Below the pieces are notes generated by a model. The model ran no database searches. It saw only the letters and a program-made list of their open reading frames with translations, and had not been told where the DNA came from. A stretch of DNA of 64,000 nucleotides. It comes from an uncultured Clostridium sp. Lineage in GTDB: Bacteria > Bacillota > Clostridia > TANB77 > CAG-508. The stretch covers positions 68,363 through 132,362 of the forward strand of contig CAJMJN010000002.1 in the NCBI GenBank assembly GCA_905213875.1. Direction: 5' to 3'. This document shows positions 1 through 10,522 of the stretch, piece by piece. The translations under genes were made by a program, and so were the position numbers. How positions within the stretch are numbered: position 1 is the stretch's first letter; every line of letters begins with the position of its first letter.

Positions 1-1
1 A

Positions 2-539
2 GACATAAAAATAGACTCATTAAATGGTATAGAAATAGCCCAAAAGATACAGCAAGAAAATCCTAAAATAAAGATAATATATATGACAGCATATAGTCAA
101 TACTCGGAAGCAATCTTTAAAACCAAACCAACATATTTATTATTAAAACCAATAAAAAAAGAACAAATTAAAAAATCCTTAGAAAGAGCATTGCAAGAAG
201 AAAAACAAAACAAAAGTATCAAGACATTTAACATAAAAGGAAAAATATTCAATATCGAGGTAGAAAAGATAAAATATATAGAAAGCAATAAAAGAGTAGT
301 TATAATTTATGAAGAAGATTTAAAAAGGCGTATATATGGAAAATTGGATGAAATAGAAGAAATGTTATCTAGTAATTTTGTTAGATGCCACCAAAGTTAT
401 ATAGTAAACTTAGAACATGTAAGAGAATTAAATACACATGAATTTGTTTTGCGTACTCGGAGAAAGAGTACCTGTTAGCCAAACCAAATATAGAAACACT
501 AAAGAAATATTTATAAAGTATTTAGGTGATGACATATGA
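2..539 (+). CDS. LytTR-family response regulator, with its 5' end outside the window. The frame breaks at in-frame CGG 458-460 and resumes in the +1 frame.
   Basis: Receiver-domain tail followed by a LytTR domain (KIKYIES, VRCHQSYIVNLEHV). The zero frame ends ...VLRTRRKSTC* at 478. The +1 frame from GGA 459 reads GERVPVSQTKYRNTKEIFIKYLGDDI*. Its TGA (537-539) overlaps the next gene's ATG (ATGA). Confidence 0.8.
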
Positions 540-1279
540 AGTTTGTAATAGCAACACTGATATTTGCTAATATTGGATGTTTATATAAAAATATAAAAAG
601 AAATAAGAAATTAAAGAAAAAAGAACAAGAATTAATATTTTCAGAAAATAAAAAAGAATTTTTAGATAAATATTATGAATTAATAAAAAGAAATAATGAA
701 GAAATATCTATTATAAAACATGACATATATAATCAATTACAAATAGCATATGTAGCATTTAAACAAAATAATATTAATGCAATAAAAATGCTAATAGAAG
801 TTGAAAAAGAATTAGATGATATAAAATCTACAAAATATTGTGAAAATGAATTGTTAAACATTATTTTATCTATAAAAATAGAAGAAGCTAAAAAATATGA
901 TATAAATATAGAATTAAAAATAGACTATTTTATAGAACTTAATATGGAAGATATAGATGTATGTAATATTTTTACTAATTTATTAGATAACAGCATAGAA
1001 GCCGCAAAGAAAAATGAAAATAAAAATATAAAATTATATATATACGAAAAAAACGGATATGTAATAATAAAAAATGAAAACTTTTGTAAATGTTATAAGA
1101 AAAATAAAATTGGTAAATTTGAAACAACTAAAAAGGATAAAAAATCTCATGGCTATGGGATAAAAATTATAGAAAAAACGCTAGAAAAATATAATGGGGA
1201 TTTAAACATAAGAATAGATAATGGCATATTTAGGATGATTATATTGTTGCCACAAAATAAAAGTGCAACAAAAAAATAG
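536..1279 (+). CDS. GHKL histidine kinase of the LytTR-associated (AgrC/HPK10-like) type with a single N-terminal TM helix
   Basis: H-box SIIKHDIYNQL, N-box NLLDNSIEA, G-box KSHGYGIKII. It is only 247 aa with one hydrophobic N-terminal segment. Its start is coupled to the upstream regulator. Confidence 0.75.
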   Translation: MKFVIATLIFANIGCLYKNIKRNKKLKKKEQELIFSENKKEFLDKYYELIKRNNEEISIIKHDIYNQLQIAYVAFKQNNINAIKMLIEVEKELDDIKSTKYCENELLNIILSIKIEEAKKYDINIELKIDYFIELNMEDIDVCNIFTNLLDNSIEAAKKNENKNIKLYIYEKNGYVIIKNENFCKCYKKNKIGKFETTKKDKKSHGYGIKIIEKTLEKYNGDLNIRIDNGIFRMIILLPQNKSATKK

Positions 1280-1289
1280 TATAAAATAC

Positions 1290-1318
1290 TTGCTAAAAAG
1301 TTATATTAATACTATAAT
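1290..1318 (+). promoter_or_regulatory. Sigma-A type promoter of the capsule operon
   Basis: TTGCTA (1290-1295), 17-nt spacer, TATAAT (1313-1318). An 18-bp perfect palindrome, tactataatattatagta (1310-1327), overlaps the -10. Confidence 0.6.
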
Positions 1319-1349
1319 ATTATAGTAGAAAAAATGAGGGGACTAAAAA

Positions 1350-3227
1350 ATGAAATTTATAAAGAAACATAGAAATATTTATTTGCGAATTATGGACATT
1401 ATTATAATAGCAATAAGCTACTATGTAGCACAAGTAATAATAGGAAATCAATTAGTATTGCAACCTGAAATAGGCAAAAAACTTATTACAACTATAATAA
1501 TGGCTATTATTATATATGGTGGAATACTTGAAATATTTAAAACATATAAAAATATTACTAGATATGAGAATGGAAACGATTATTTAATATATGTATTAGC
1601 ATGTTTAATTTCTTGTACAATAATGATATTTTTTAATGTTATACCAGTAGTACCAATTTTAGATGAAAGAACAAATTTAATAGCATCATTAATAATTGTT
1701 ACATCAATAATAGGATATAGAGTATTTATAAGATTAATATTAAATGAAGGAACAACATCAAGAAGGGAAAGAGAAGACACTAGAAAAAACGTATTAGTAA
1801 TAGGTGCAGGAGAAGCAACAAAAGTATTATTAACAACAATAAAAAACAGTATGAAAGATACATATAAAGTTGTAGGATTAATAGATGATAATGAAAACAA
1901 ATTAAATTACGCAATATCTGGAAATAAAATATTAGGAACTAGATATGATATACCTAGAATATGTAAAGAAAATAATGTGGAAGTAATATTTTTTACAATT
2001 TCAAATATATCACCAGATGATAGAAGAAAAATATTAGAAATATGTCAAGAAACTGGATGTAAAGTTCGTATATTACCAGGAACTAAAGAATTAATAAAAG
2101 ATAAGCCATTAATACAAAGCTTTAGAGATGTTCAAATAGAGGATTTATTAGGAAGAGATCCTATAAAATTAGATAATAAAAATATTGGTAAATTAATAGA
2201 AAATAAAGTTGTTCTAGTAACAGGTGGAGGAGGTTCTATAGGTTCAGAACTTTGTAGACAAATTATAAAATTTAAACCTTCAAAATTAGTTATTGTAGAC
2301 ATATATGAAAATAATTTATATGATATTGAACAAGAATTGAAATTTAATTATCCAGATATGAAAATAGATGCGATAGTTGCAAGTGTAAGAGAAAAACATA
2401 GATTAAACGAAATATTTGAACAATATCATCCATACTTGGTATTCCATGCTGCAGCACATAAACATGTGCCATTAATGGAAACAAGCCCGCTAGAAGCAAT
2501 AAAAAACAATGTATTTGGAACATATAACACAGTAAAATGTGCAGATGAATATGGAGTAAAAAGATTTATATTAATATCAACAGACAAAGCTGTAAACCCA
2601 ACTAATATAATGGGAGCAACAAAACGTCTTTGCGAATTAATAATACAAGCTAAAAACAAAGTAAGCAAAACAGAATATGCAGCAGTACGTTTTGGAAATG
2701 TATTGGGAAGCAATGGTTCAGTAGTGCCACTATTCAAAAAACAAATAGCAAAAGGTGGGCCTGTAACTGTAACACACAAAGAAATAACAAGATTTTTTAT
2801 GACAATACCAGAAGCAGTATCACTTGTATTACAAGCAATGTCTGGAGCAAAAGGCGGAGAAATATTTGTACTTGACATGGGTGAACCGGTTAAGATATAT
2901 GACATGGCAATAAAACTGATAAAATTATCAGGACTAGAACCAAATGTTGATATACAAATAAAAGTAACAGGTTTAAGACCTGGAGAAAAACTATATGAAG
3001 AACTATTAATGGCTGAAGAAGGACTAACGGAAACAAAACATGATAAAATTCATGTGGCAAGACCAAGCGATATTGATATGGAAAAATTAGAAGCTAAATT
3101 GGCTAAATTACAATATTTGCTAGATAATACAAATAATGAACAAAAAGATGAAATTAAAGATGTTATTAGTGAAGTTGTACCAACTTATAGGAATTTAGAG
3201 AAAGAACTAAAAATATACAATAATTAA
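1350..3227 (+). CDS. Membrane-anchored UDP-HexNAc 4,6-dehydratase (CapD/PglF/EpsC family)
   Basis: Four N-terminal TM segments, then two Rossmann motifs (VLVIGAGEA, VLVTGGGGSIGSE) and family-typical HAAAHKHVPLME. Confidence 0.9.
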   Translation: MKFIKKHRNIYLRIMDIIIIAISYYVAQVIIGNQLVLQPEIGKKLITTIIMAIIIYGGILEIFKTYKNITRYENGNDYLIYVLACLISCTIMIFFNVIPVVPILDERTNLIASLIIVTSIIGYRVFIRLILNEGTTSRREREDTRKNVLVIGAGEATKVLLTTIKNSMKDTYKVVGLIDDNENKLNYAISGNKILGTRYDIPRICKENNVEVIFFTISNISPDDRRKILEICQETGCKVRILPGTKELIKDKPLIQSFRDVQIEDLLGRDPIKLDNKNIGKLIENKVVLVTGGGGSIGSELCRQIIKFKPSKLVIVDIYENNLYDIEQELKFNYPDMKIDAIVASVREKHRLNEIFEQYHPYLVFHAAAHKHVPLMETSPLEAIKNNVFGTYNTVKCADEYGVKRFILISTDKAVNPTNIMGATKRLCELIIQAKNKVSKTEYAAVRFGNVLGSNGSVVPLFKKQIAKGGPVTVTHKEITRFFMTIPEAVSLVLQAMSGAKGGEIFVLDMGEPVKIYDMAIKLIKLSGLEPNVDIQIKVTGLRPGEKLYEELLMAEEGLTETKHDKIHVARPSDIDMEKLEAKLAKLQYLLDNTNNEQKDEIKDVISEVVPTYRNLEKELKIYNN

Positions 3228-3271
3228 GTTGATTTAATTTGGAAAATAAATAAAGAGAGAAGGCTATATAA

Positions 3272-4399
3272 ATGAATAAGAAAATATATTTAGCCTCACC
3301 ACATATGTCTGATGAGGGTTATGAAAGAGAATATGTAAAAGAAGCATTTGATACAAACTGGATAGCACCATTGGGAGAAAATGTTAATAAATTTGAAGAA
3401 GAATTAGCAAAATATGTAGGAACAAAACATGCAGCAGCATTATCAGCAGGAACTGCTGCAATACATATGGCTTTTAAAGCTTTAGATGTAAAACAAGGAG
3501 ATATTGTATTTTGTTCAGATTTAACATTTTCTGCAACAGCAAATCCAATAACATATCAAAATGCAACACCAGTATTTATAGATAGTGAAAAAGAAACTTG
3601 GAATATGGATCCAAAAGCATTAGAAAAAGCATTTGAAAAATATCCACATCCAAAAGCAGTAATAGTAGTATATTTATATGGAACACCTGGAAAAATAGAC
3701 GAAATAAAAACAATTTGTGACAAACATGGAGTACCATTAGTAGAAGATGCAGCAGAGAGTTTAGGGGCAACATATAAAGGAAAAGAAACTGGTACATTTG
3801 GAAAATATGGAATATATTCATTTAATGGAAATAAAATAATAACAACAAGTGGTGGAGGAATGCTAGTATCAGAAGATGAAGAAAGAATTGCTAAAGTAAG
3901 ATTTTGGGCAACTCAATCTAGAGAAAAAGCACGTCACTATGAACATAAAGAAATAGGATATAACTATAGAATGAGTAATATAGTTGCAGGAATTGGTAGA
4001 GGACAATTAAAAGTTTTAGATTTAAGAATAAAACAAAAAACAGAAATATATAACAGATATAAAGAAGCATTTAAAGATATAACAGATATAGAAGTACAAC
4101 CAACACCAGTAGATACAAAACCAAACCATTGGCTAACAGCAATAACTATAAAAGCAGACTCAAAAGTAAAACCACTAGATATAATGGAAGCATTAGAAAA
4201 AGAAAATATAGAATCAAGACCAGTATGGAAACCAATGCATATGCAACCAGTATTTGAAAAATGTGATTTTATAAAAGTTGCAGATGAACCAGTATCAAAA
4301 GAATTATTTGAAACAGGAGTATGTTTACCATCGGATACAAAAATGACAGTAGAAGAGCAAGATAGAGTAATTGAAATTATAAAAAATCTATGGAAATAG
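3272..4399 (+). CDS. DegT/DnrJ/EryC1 aminotransferase (PglE/EpsN-like, UDP-4-keto-6-deoxy-HexNAc aminotransferase)
   Basis: Family-typical N-terminus [31 protein letters not shown] and the [15 protein letters not shown] lysine motif. Confidence 0.9.
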   Translation: MNKKIYLASPHMSDEGYEREYVKEAFDTNWIAPLGENVNKFEEELAKYVGTKHAAALSAGTAAIHMAFKALDVKQGDIVFCSDLTFSATANPITYQNATPVFIDSEKETWNMDPKALEKAFEKYPHPKAVIVVYLYGTPGKIDEIKTICDKHGVPLVEDAAESLGATYKGKETGTFGKYGIYSFNGNKIITTSGGGMLVSEDEERIAKVRFWATQSREKARHYEHKEIGYNYRMSNIVAGIGRGQLKVLDLRIKQKTEIYNRYKEAFKDITDIEVQPTPVDTKPNHWLTAITIKADSKVKPLDIMEALEKENIESRPVWKPMHMQPVFEKCDFIKVADEPVSKELFETGVCLPSDTKMTVEEQDRVIEIIKNLWK

Positions 4400-4413
4400 A
4401 AGGAGAACGTTTA

Positions 4414-5025
4414 ATGTATGCAAAATATTTTAAAAGAATGTTAGACTTTATTCTAAGCTTAATAGCATTAATAATATTATCACCAATATTGTTAATAGTA
4501 GCAATATTAGTTAGAATAAAGCTAGGTAGCCCAATAATATTTAAGCAACAACGACCTGGTAAAAATGAAAAGATTTTTACATTATATAAATTTAGAACTA
4601 TGACAGATAAAAAAGATGAAAATGGAAATCTTTTGCCAGATTCAGAGCGTTTGACTAAGTTTGGAAAACTTTTAAGAAGTACAAGCTTGGACGAATTGCC
4701 TGAATTGATAAATATTTTAAAAGGCGATATGGCGATAGTTGGGCCAAGACCATTATTGGTAGAATATTTATCATTATATAATAAAAAGCAAAAACATAGA
4801 CATGATGTTAGACCTGGTCTTACAGGATTAGCACAGGTGAACGGCAGAAATTCAATTTCGTGGGAAGAAAAGTTTAACGATGATTTAAAATATATAAAGA
4901 AAATTACTTTTATAGGAGATGTAAAAATAATTTTAAAAACAGTAGAAAAAGTTTTTAAAAGAGAGGGAATATCGCAAGATGATAATGTAACGATGAAAAA
5001 ATTTCAAGGGAATAAGATGGAGTAA
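4414..5025 (+). CDS. Small monotopic phosphoglycosyl (sugar) transferase (PglC/EpsL-like initiating transferase)
   Basis: [52 protein letters not shown] lies before ATG 4414 (the ORF-track start 4390 overlaps the previous gene). Confidence 0.9.
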   Translation: MYAKYFKRMLDFILSLIALIILSPILLIVAILVRIKLGSPIIFKQQRPGKNEKIFTLYKFRTMTDKKDENGNLLPDSERLTKFGKLLRSTSLDELPELINILKGDMAIVGPRPLLVEYLSLYNKKQKHRHDVRPGLTGLAQVNGRNSISWEEKFNDDLKYIKKITFIGDVKIILKTVEKVFKREGISQDDNVTMKKFQGNKME

Positions 5026-5029
5026 AAAT

Positions 5030-5665
5030 ATGAAGAGAGAAGTTTTTATTATAGGAGCAGGAGGCCATTCAAAAGTCATAGCAAATGTGATTAATAAATC
5101 AGGCGATATTGTAAAAGGTTTTTTAGATGACTATATAGAAGTTGGAACTGTAATAATAAAAAAAGTAAATTATAAGGTGATTGGAAGGCTTGAAGATATA
5201 ATACATTTACAAATAAAATATCCAAACGCGGAATTTATAATAGGTATAGGAAATAATAAAATAAGAAAAGAAATAGCAGAAAAATATGAAGAAATATTAA
5301 AGTTTTATACAGCTATTGATCCTAGTAGCCAAATAGCATTAGACGTAGAAATTGGAAAAGGTAGTGTTGTTTTAGCAAATGCGTGTATTAATACATCAGC
5401 CAATATAGGAGAACATTGTATTATAAACACTGCATCAATTGTAGAACATGATAATATAATTGAAAATTATGTACATATATCACCAAACGCGACATTGTCA
5501 GGAACAGTAGAAATTGGAGAGATGACTCATATAGGCTCAGGAGCAATTGTTAAAAATAATATAAAAATTTGTAATAATTGTACTATAGGAGCAGGAGCGG
5601 TGGTAGTTAAAAATATTGATGAATCAGGAGTTTATGCTGGAGTGCCAGTTAAAAGATTGAAATAG
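5030..5665 (+). CDS. Hexapeptide-repeat N-acetyltransferase (PglD/NeuD/EpsM family)
   Basis: N-terminal IIGAGGHSKV Rossmann-like segment followed by left-handed beta-helix repeats (IGEHCIINTASIVEHD, IGSGAIV). Confidence 0.85.
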   Translation: MKREVFIIGAGGHSKVIANVINKSGDIVKGFLDDYIEVGTVIIKKVNYKVIGRLEDIIHLQIKYPNAEFIIGIGNNKIRKEIAEKYEEILKFYTAIDPSSQIALDVEIGKGSVVLANACINTSANIGEHCIINTASIVEHDNIIENYVHISPNATLSGTVEIGEMTHIGSGAIVKNNIKICNNCTIGAGAVVVKNIDESGVYAGVPVKRLK

Positions 5666-5676
5666 GAGAAAATAAA

Positions 5677-6771
5677 TTGAAAAAAGTTTTATTTGTAGCA
5701 ACAATAACAAAACATATAAAAACATTTCATGTTCCATACTTGAAATGGTTTAAAGAACAAGGTTATGAAGTACACGTGGCAAGTAAAGGAAACGAAACAA
5801 TAGAATATTGTGATAAACACTTTGATATTCCATTCGAAAGATTTCCACTAAAACCACAAAATATAAAAGCATATAAACAACTAAAAAATATAATTGAAGA
5901 AAACAAATATGAGATAATTCATTGTCATACGCCAGTTGGTGGAGTATTAACTAGATTAGCGGCAAGAAAAGCAAGAAAGAAATACAACACAAAGGTTATT
6001 TATACAGCTCATGGATTTCATTTTTATAAGGGAGCTCCATTGCTTAATTGGATAATATATTATCCGATAGAAAAATGGTTATCAAAATACACTGATTGCT
6101 TAATTACTATAAATGAAGAAGATTATAATAGAGCAAAAAGTAAGTTTAAAAAGGCAAAAAAAATTAAACTGGTACATGGTGTTGGAGTTGATGAATATAA
6201 GTTTAAGCAAAATATGACAAAAAATGAAAAAATAAACTTAAGAAAAGAATTAGGAATAGAAGAAGATGATTTTGTAATAATATATCCAGCAGAACTAAGT
6301 AAGCGAAAAAACCAAGGAATGTTAATAAGAGCAATATCTCTATTATCAAACAAAGATAAAATAAAGATTTTACTTGCTGGTAAAGATTCGTATAAGGGAA
6401 AGTATCAGAAATTAACAAAAGAACTTGGTTTAGAGAAGCAAATTGTGTTTCTGGGATTTCGAACAGACATTTGTAAATTGATGCAAATTTCTAATATGGC
6501 TGTTTCGACATCAAGACAAGAAGGGCTACCAGTAAATATAATGGAAGCTATGTTTATGGGATTACCAATTATTGCAACTGATTGCAGGGGGAATAATGAG
6601 TTAATAAAAGAAAATCTAGTACAATTAGATGATGAAAAAGAATTGGCTAAATTAGTGAATTCTTGTATAGAAAAGTATAAAGAAAATAATAATATTAGTT
6701 ATCCACTTTTACAGTTATATAAATTAGAAAATGTAAAAAAGGAAATGGAAAAAAGTTATAAAGGAGAATAG
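5677..6771 (+). CDS. Glycosyltransferase family 4 (GT-B)
   Basis: TTG start after a GGAG RBS. C-terminal SRQEGLPVNIMEAMFMGLPIIATDCRGNNE (EX7E-type motif). Confidence 0.85.
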   Translation: MKKVLFVATITKHIKTFHVPYLKWFKEQGYEVHVASKGNETIEYCDKHFDIPFERFPLKPQNIKAYKQLKNIIEENKYEIIHCHTPVGGVLTRLAARKARKKYNTKVIYTAHGFHFYKGAPLLNWIIYYPIEKWLSKYTDCLITINEEDYNRAKSKFKKAKKIKLVHGVGVDEYKFKQNMTKNEKINLRKELGIEEDDFVIIYPAELSKRKNQGMLIRAISLLSNKDKIKILLAGKDSYKGKYQKLTKELGLEKQIVFLGFRTDICKLMQISNMAVSTSRQEGLPVNIMEAMFMGLPIIATDCRGNNELIKENLVQLDDEKELAKLVNSCIEKYKENNNISYPLLQLYKLENVKKEMEKSYKGE

Positions 6772-6775
6772 AATA

Positions 6776-8089
6776 ATGAGTATATATAATGAATTAGTTG
6801 AAAAAAAACAAAAATTGGCGGTAGTTGGCTTGGGATATGTAGGAATGCCTATTGCAATAGAGTTTGCTAAAAAAGTAGATGTAATAGGTTTTGATATAAA
6901 TGCTGAAAAAGTAAAAATCTACCAAAATGGAATTGATCCAACAAATGAAGTTGGTAATGAATCTATTAAAGAAACAAAAGTATATTTTACTTCCGACAAA
7001 AGTGAAATAAAAAAGGCAAAGTTTATAATAATAGCGGTACCAACACCAATTAATATAGATAAGACTCCTGATTTAGAACCAGTAATAAAAGCAAGTGAGA
7101 TAGTAGGGGAAAATTTACAAAAAGGTGCGATAGTAGTGTATGAATCTACAGTTTATCCTGGGGTAACTGAAGATATTTGTATGCCAATACTTGAAAAAAA
7201 ATCAGGACTAAAATGTGGAAAAGATTTTAAAATAGGATATTCACCAGAACGAATTAATCCAGGAGATAAAGAACATAGATTAAAAAATATAACAAAAATA
7301 GTATCAGGGATGGATAATGAAGCCTTAGAAGAAATAGCAAAAATATATGAAATGATAATTGAAGCAGGAGTACACAAAAGTAAAACAATAAGGGTAGCAG
7401 AAGCGGCAAAAGTATTAGAGAATAGTCAAAGAGATATAAATATTGCTTTTATGAATGAAGTAGCTATTATTTTAAATAAAATGAATGTTGACACAAAAGA
7501 AGTAATTGAAGCTATGAACACAAAATGGAATGCTTTAAAATTTTATCCAGGATTAGTTGGAGGACATTGTATAGGTGTGGATCCTTATTATTTCATATAT
7601 AAAGCAGAAAATTTAGGTTATCATTCACAAATAATATCTTCAGGAAGAAAGATAAATGATTATATGGGAGAGTACGTAGCTGAACAAACAATAAAAAGAC
7701 TTATTTTGAATAATAAATTGGTGAAAAATGCGAGAATTGCAATATTAGGAATGACTTTCAAAGAAAACTGCCCAGATATTCGAAATTCTAAAGTAATGGA
7801 TATTATAGGAAAATTAGAAGAATATGGAGTTGAAATAATAGCAACAGATGTAGAAGCTGATAAAGAAGAATTAAAGAAACAATATGGAATAAACTTAGTA
7901 GATATAGATGAAATTGAAAATGTAGATTGTTTAATTTTAGCTGTTTCTCATAATAGGTATAAAAATATGAAAGCAAACGAATTTGAAAAAATGTATAAAA
8001 ATAAAAATAATAAAATTTTAATAGATGTAAAAGGCTGTTTAAAAAGAGAAGAATTCGTTAATAATGGATATGATTATTGGAGGTTGTAA
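6776..8089 (+). CDS. Nucleotide-sugar dehydrogenase, TviB/WbpO-like UDP-N-acetylhexosamine 6-dehydrogenase
   Basis: KLAVVGLGYVGMPIAIEFAKKVDVIGFDIN, catalytic GGHCIGVDPYY, 437 aa. Confidence 0.8.
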   Translation: MSIYNELVEKKQKLAVVGLGYVGMPIAIEFAKKVDVIGFDINAEKVKIYQNGIDPTNEVGNESIKETKVYFTSDKSEIKKAKFIIIAVPTPINIDKTPDLEPVIKASEIVGENLQKGAIVVYESTVYPGVTEDICMPILEKKSGLKCGKDFKIGYSPERINPGDKEHRLKNITKIVSGMDNEALEEIAKIYEMIIEAGVHKSKTIRVAEAAKVLENSQRDINIAFMNEVAIILNKMNVDTKEVIEAMNTKWNALKFYPGLVGGHCIGVDPYYFIYKAENLGYHSQIISSGRKINDYMGEYVAEQTIKRLILNNKLVKNARIAILGMTFKENCPDIRNSKVMDIIGKLEEYGVEIIATDVEADKEELKKQYGINLVDIDEIENVDCLILAVSHNRYKNMKANEFEKMYKNKNNKILIDVKGCLKREEFVNNGYDYWRL

Positions 8090-8094
8090 TTTTA

Positions 8095-9055
8095 ATGAAA
8101 ATACTATCTATAATAATACCTATATATAATTCAGAAAAAACATTAGAAAAGTGTATAAATTCGGTAATAGATATAAAAGATATAGAAATTATATTGATTA
8201 ATGATGGATCTACTGATAAGACAAGAGAAATATGCTTAAAATATCAAAATAAGTATGACAATATTGTAGTAATTCAGCAAGAAAATAGTGGACCGCGGAA
8301 AAGCAAGAAATGAAGGGATAAAAGTAGCCAAAGGTAAATATGTTATGTTTCTTGATTCGGATGACTATATAGAAAAAAATAATTTACAGGAAGTTATAAA
8401 TCAATATTTAAAAAATGAAAAATATGATGTATTATATTATGATTTTGAATTGGTAGCAGATAATGGGATGATATTAAAGAAATATAATTTACAAAAATTT
8501 GCGAAATGTTCTAAAGAAGATTTAATAAAAAATACGATATCTTGGAATTTACCATGGGGACAATTCAAGATTGTTAAAAAAGATATTATAATAGATAATA
8601 ATATTTATTTTGAAGAAGAGATAAGTACTTGTGAAGAGCTTTTCTTTACTATTAGGATTTTGCAAGAAGCAACAAAAGTGTTTTTCTATAACAATGTAAT
8701 ATATAAATATTTAAAAAGAAATGATAGTATTTCTAGAAAAATTAATATATTAGAAAATAAACAATCAGTAGATCTAGTTGTTAAGAAATTAAAGGAAAAT
8801 TTGGATATAAGAAAATATGAAAAAGTAATAGAAAATTATCATATAATATCAAAATTGCATATACTAAAATATTTTGCATTAAATAGAGAGTATAAACTTT
8901 TTAAGAATATATGTATTGATGTAAGGAAAGAATGCAAGAATGTAAGCTATAAATATATGGCAAAAAGGTATAAAAAATTAATCTATATTATTAATTGTCA
9001 TCTGGATTATTTAATATATTATATGATGCGATCTTACTTCAAGGAGAAAGTTTAA
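8095..9055 (+). CDS. Family-2 glycosyltransferase interrupted at in-frame CGG 8296-8298; it continues in the +1 frame
   Basis: ILSIIIPIYNSEKTLEKCINSV...INDGSTD...QQENSGP, then zero frame RKSKK* (8313). The +1 frame from GGA 8297 reads GKARNEGIKVAKGKYVMFLDSDDYI, the GT2 ARN/DxD core. Confidence 0.85.
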
Positions 9056-10497
9056 TGGGTGAGGAAAGAAAATATAACCATGGAGCAAAAATAGTACTTA
9101 TTATTTCAATTTTAATGATTCCGATGCAATTAATTACATCAGCTTTAATAAGCAGAATTTCATCAGAGGCTTCGGGAATTTTAGGTGTACTAGAAATTTT
9201 TTATAATGCTATGATTTCATTTTTTGTTTTTGGTGGAGAGAATGCTATTATAAAGCTTTTGACGAATAAAAAAACAAAAACAGAAAAAAATAACTTTATT
9301 ATAAAATATATATTTATAACTATTATGATATTTATTTCAACGATAGTAATTGCAGAAATATTTCACTTTGATTTTATACAAAAATTAACAGGACAACAAA
9401 AAGCAACATCCATTTTAATGTATGTGGTAGGTTTGTTAATTATCATAAATAACATATTGTTATATTATCTTAAAGAAGAAGAAAAATTTTCTTATTATGC
9501 ATTTGGCATAAAATTATTTAATATAGGGAATTTTGTATCTGTTCTTTATATTACATTTTTAGTTAAGAATGTAGATATACAAAATACTTTGTTGATATTT
9601 ATGGGAACGTTACAATTGTTAAGTATAGTAAGAATAGTGCTCAGGGAAAAAATTACATATAAAAATGTGGGGGAAATGAATCAAATAAAAATAGAAGATA
9701 TTAAATTTATTTTTTTTCTATATCTTTCTACATTGCTAGTATTTATATATGATAAATTAGATCAGATAATATTAGTAAAAACATTAGGATTATCAACTTT
9801 AGGAGGATACTACTTGATTGTAAAAATAGTAAATATGGTAAAGTTGTTACCAAATACGTATAATTCAACTTTTTACCCATATATTTGTAAATATTTGAAT
9901 AAAGAAAGTTCAAATTATATTTTTAATAATATATTATCTAAAAACCTGTTTTTTATTTTTCCATTAACAATAATAATTGTTTTTAATAGTAAATTGGTTA
10001 TTAATATATTATTTGGTATGGAATATATGAATTATAATTTTGCATTACAACTTCTAACAACTATAATATTAATATCAGCACCTACAATCATATTGAATAA
10101 TTTTATATATGCTTTAGGGAAAACAAAAAAATATTTTCAAATAAGCTTTATAGCAATTATAGTACAGGTAATAATTATTGTTAATATGATAAAATATATA
10201 GGACTTAATGCTATTTTAATAGCAAGGTTTGTAAGTACTATGATGATATTTATTTTTTGCAAATTATATTTAAGTAAAATGCAATATAAAACTGAACTAC
10301 CTAAGAATTATTATAGATATAGTGCAGTATTATTAATTTCTTTACTAATTACAAATCTATTTAGATTAAGTATAGTTTGGAATATGATTCTGTCGACTGT
10401 AATCCTTATTATATATATGTTCGAAAATAAAAATTATGTTATAAATAATTATAAAAAAATAAAAGAAAAATTTAACAATAAAAAATCAGTTGAATAG
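9055..10497 (+). CDS. wzx: Wzx-type oligosaccharide flippase (MOP superfamily)
   Basis: About 12 predicted TM helices. ATG 9055 overlaps the upstream TAA (TAATG) after an AAGGAG RBS. Confidence 0.75.
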   Translation: MGEERKYNHGAKIVLIISILMIPMQLITSALISRISSEASGILGVLEIFYNAMISFFVFGGENAIIKLLTNKKTKTEKNNFIIKYIFITIMIFISTIVIAEIFHFDFIQKLTGQQKATSILMYVVGLLIIINNILLYYLKEEEKFSYYAFGIKLFNIGNFVSVLYITFLVKNVDIQNTLLIFMGTLQLLSIVRIVLREKITYKNVGEMNQIKIEDIKFIFFLYLSTLLVFIYDKLDQIILVKTLGLSTLGGYYLIVKIVNMVKLLPNTYNSTFYPYICKYLNKESSNYIFNNILSKNLFFIFPLTIIIVFNSKLVINILFGMEYMNYNFALQLLTTIILISAPTIILNNFIYALGKTKKYFQISFIAIIVQVIIIVNMIKYIGLNAILIARFVSTMMIFIFCKLYLSKMQYKTELPKNYYRYSAVLLISLLITNLFRLSIVWNMILSTVILIIYMFENKNYVINNYKKIKEKFNNKKSVE

Positions 10498-10522
10498 TAA
10501 ATTAGAAAGGAAAAGAATAAAT

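Noticed and set aside
458-460. CGG as a reassigned sense codon (for example to Gln or Trp, as reported in some low-GC lineages)
   Set aside because: Reading through CGG in the zero frame hits a stop within 3-9 codons at all five sites, and the family homology continues only in the +1 frame. A simple reassignment does not rescue the genes.
2426-2905. Long antisense ORFs in the track (for example 2426-2905, 27581-28066, 28449-28892, 34568-35095 and 60721-61437, all on the minus strand)
   Set aside because: They lie fully inside well-supported genes on the other strand. Their composition is low-complexity, rich in S, I, F and L, as expected for shadow frames of AT-rich coding DNA. They have no RBS or family motifs.
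8296-8296. Explaining the five CGG breaks as ordinary homopolymer sequencing errors
   Set aside because: - Only the cwlJ site (aac-c-gga) extends a homopolymer.
- The others insert a lone C between unlike bases.
- All five are the same base, in the same dinucleotide context, and at a codon boundary.
- A more specific artefact cannot be excluded without reads and is kept as an alternative in the finding.
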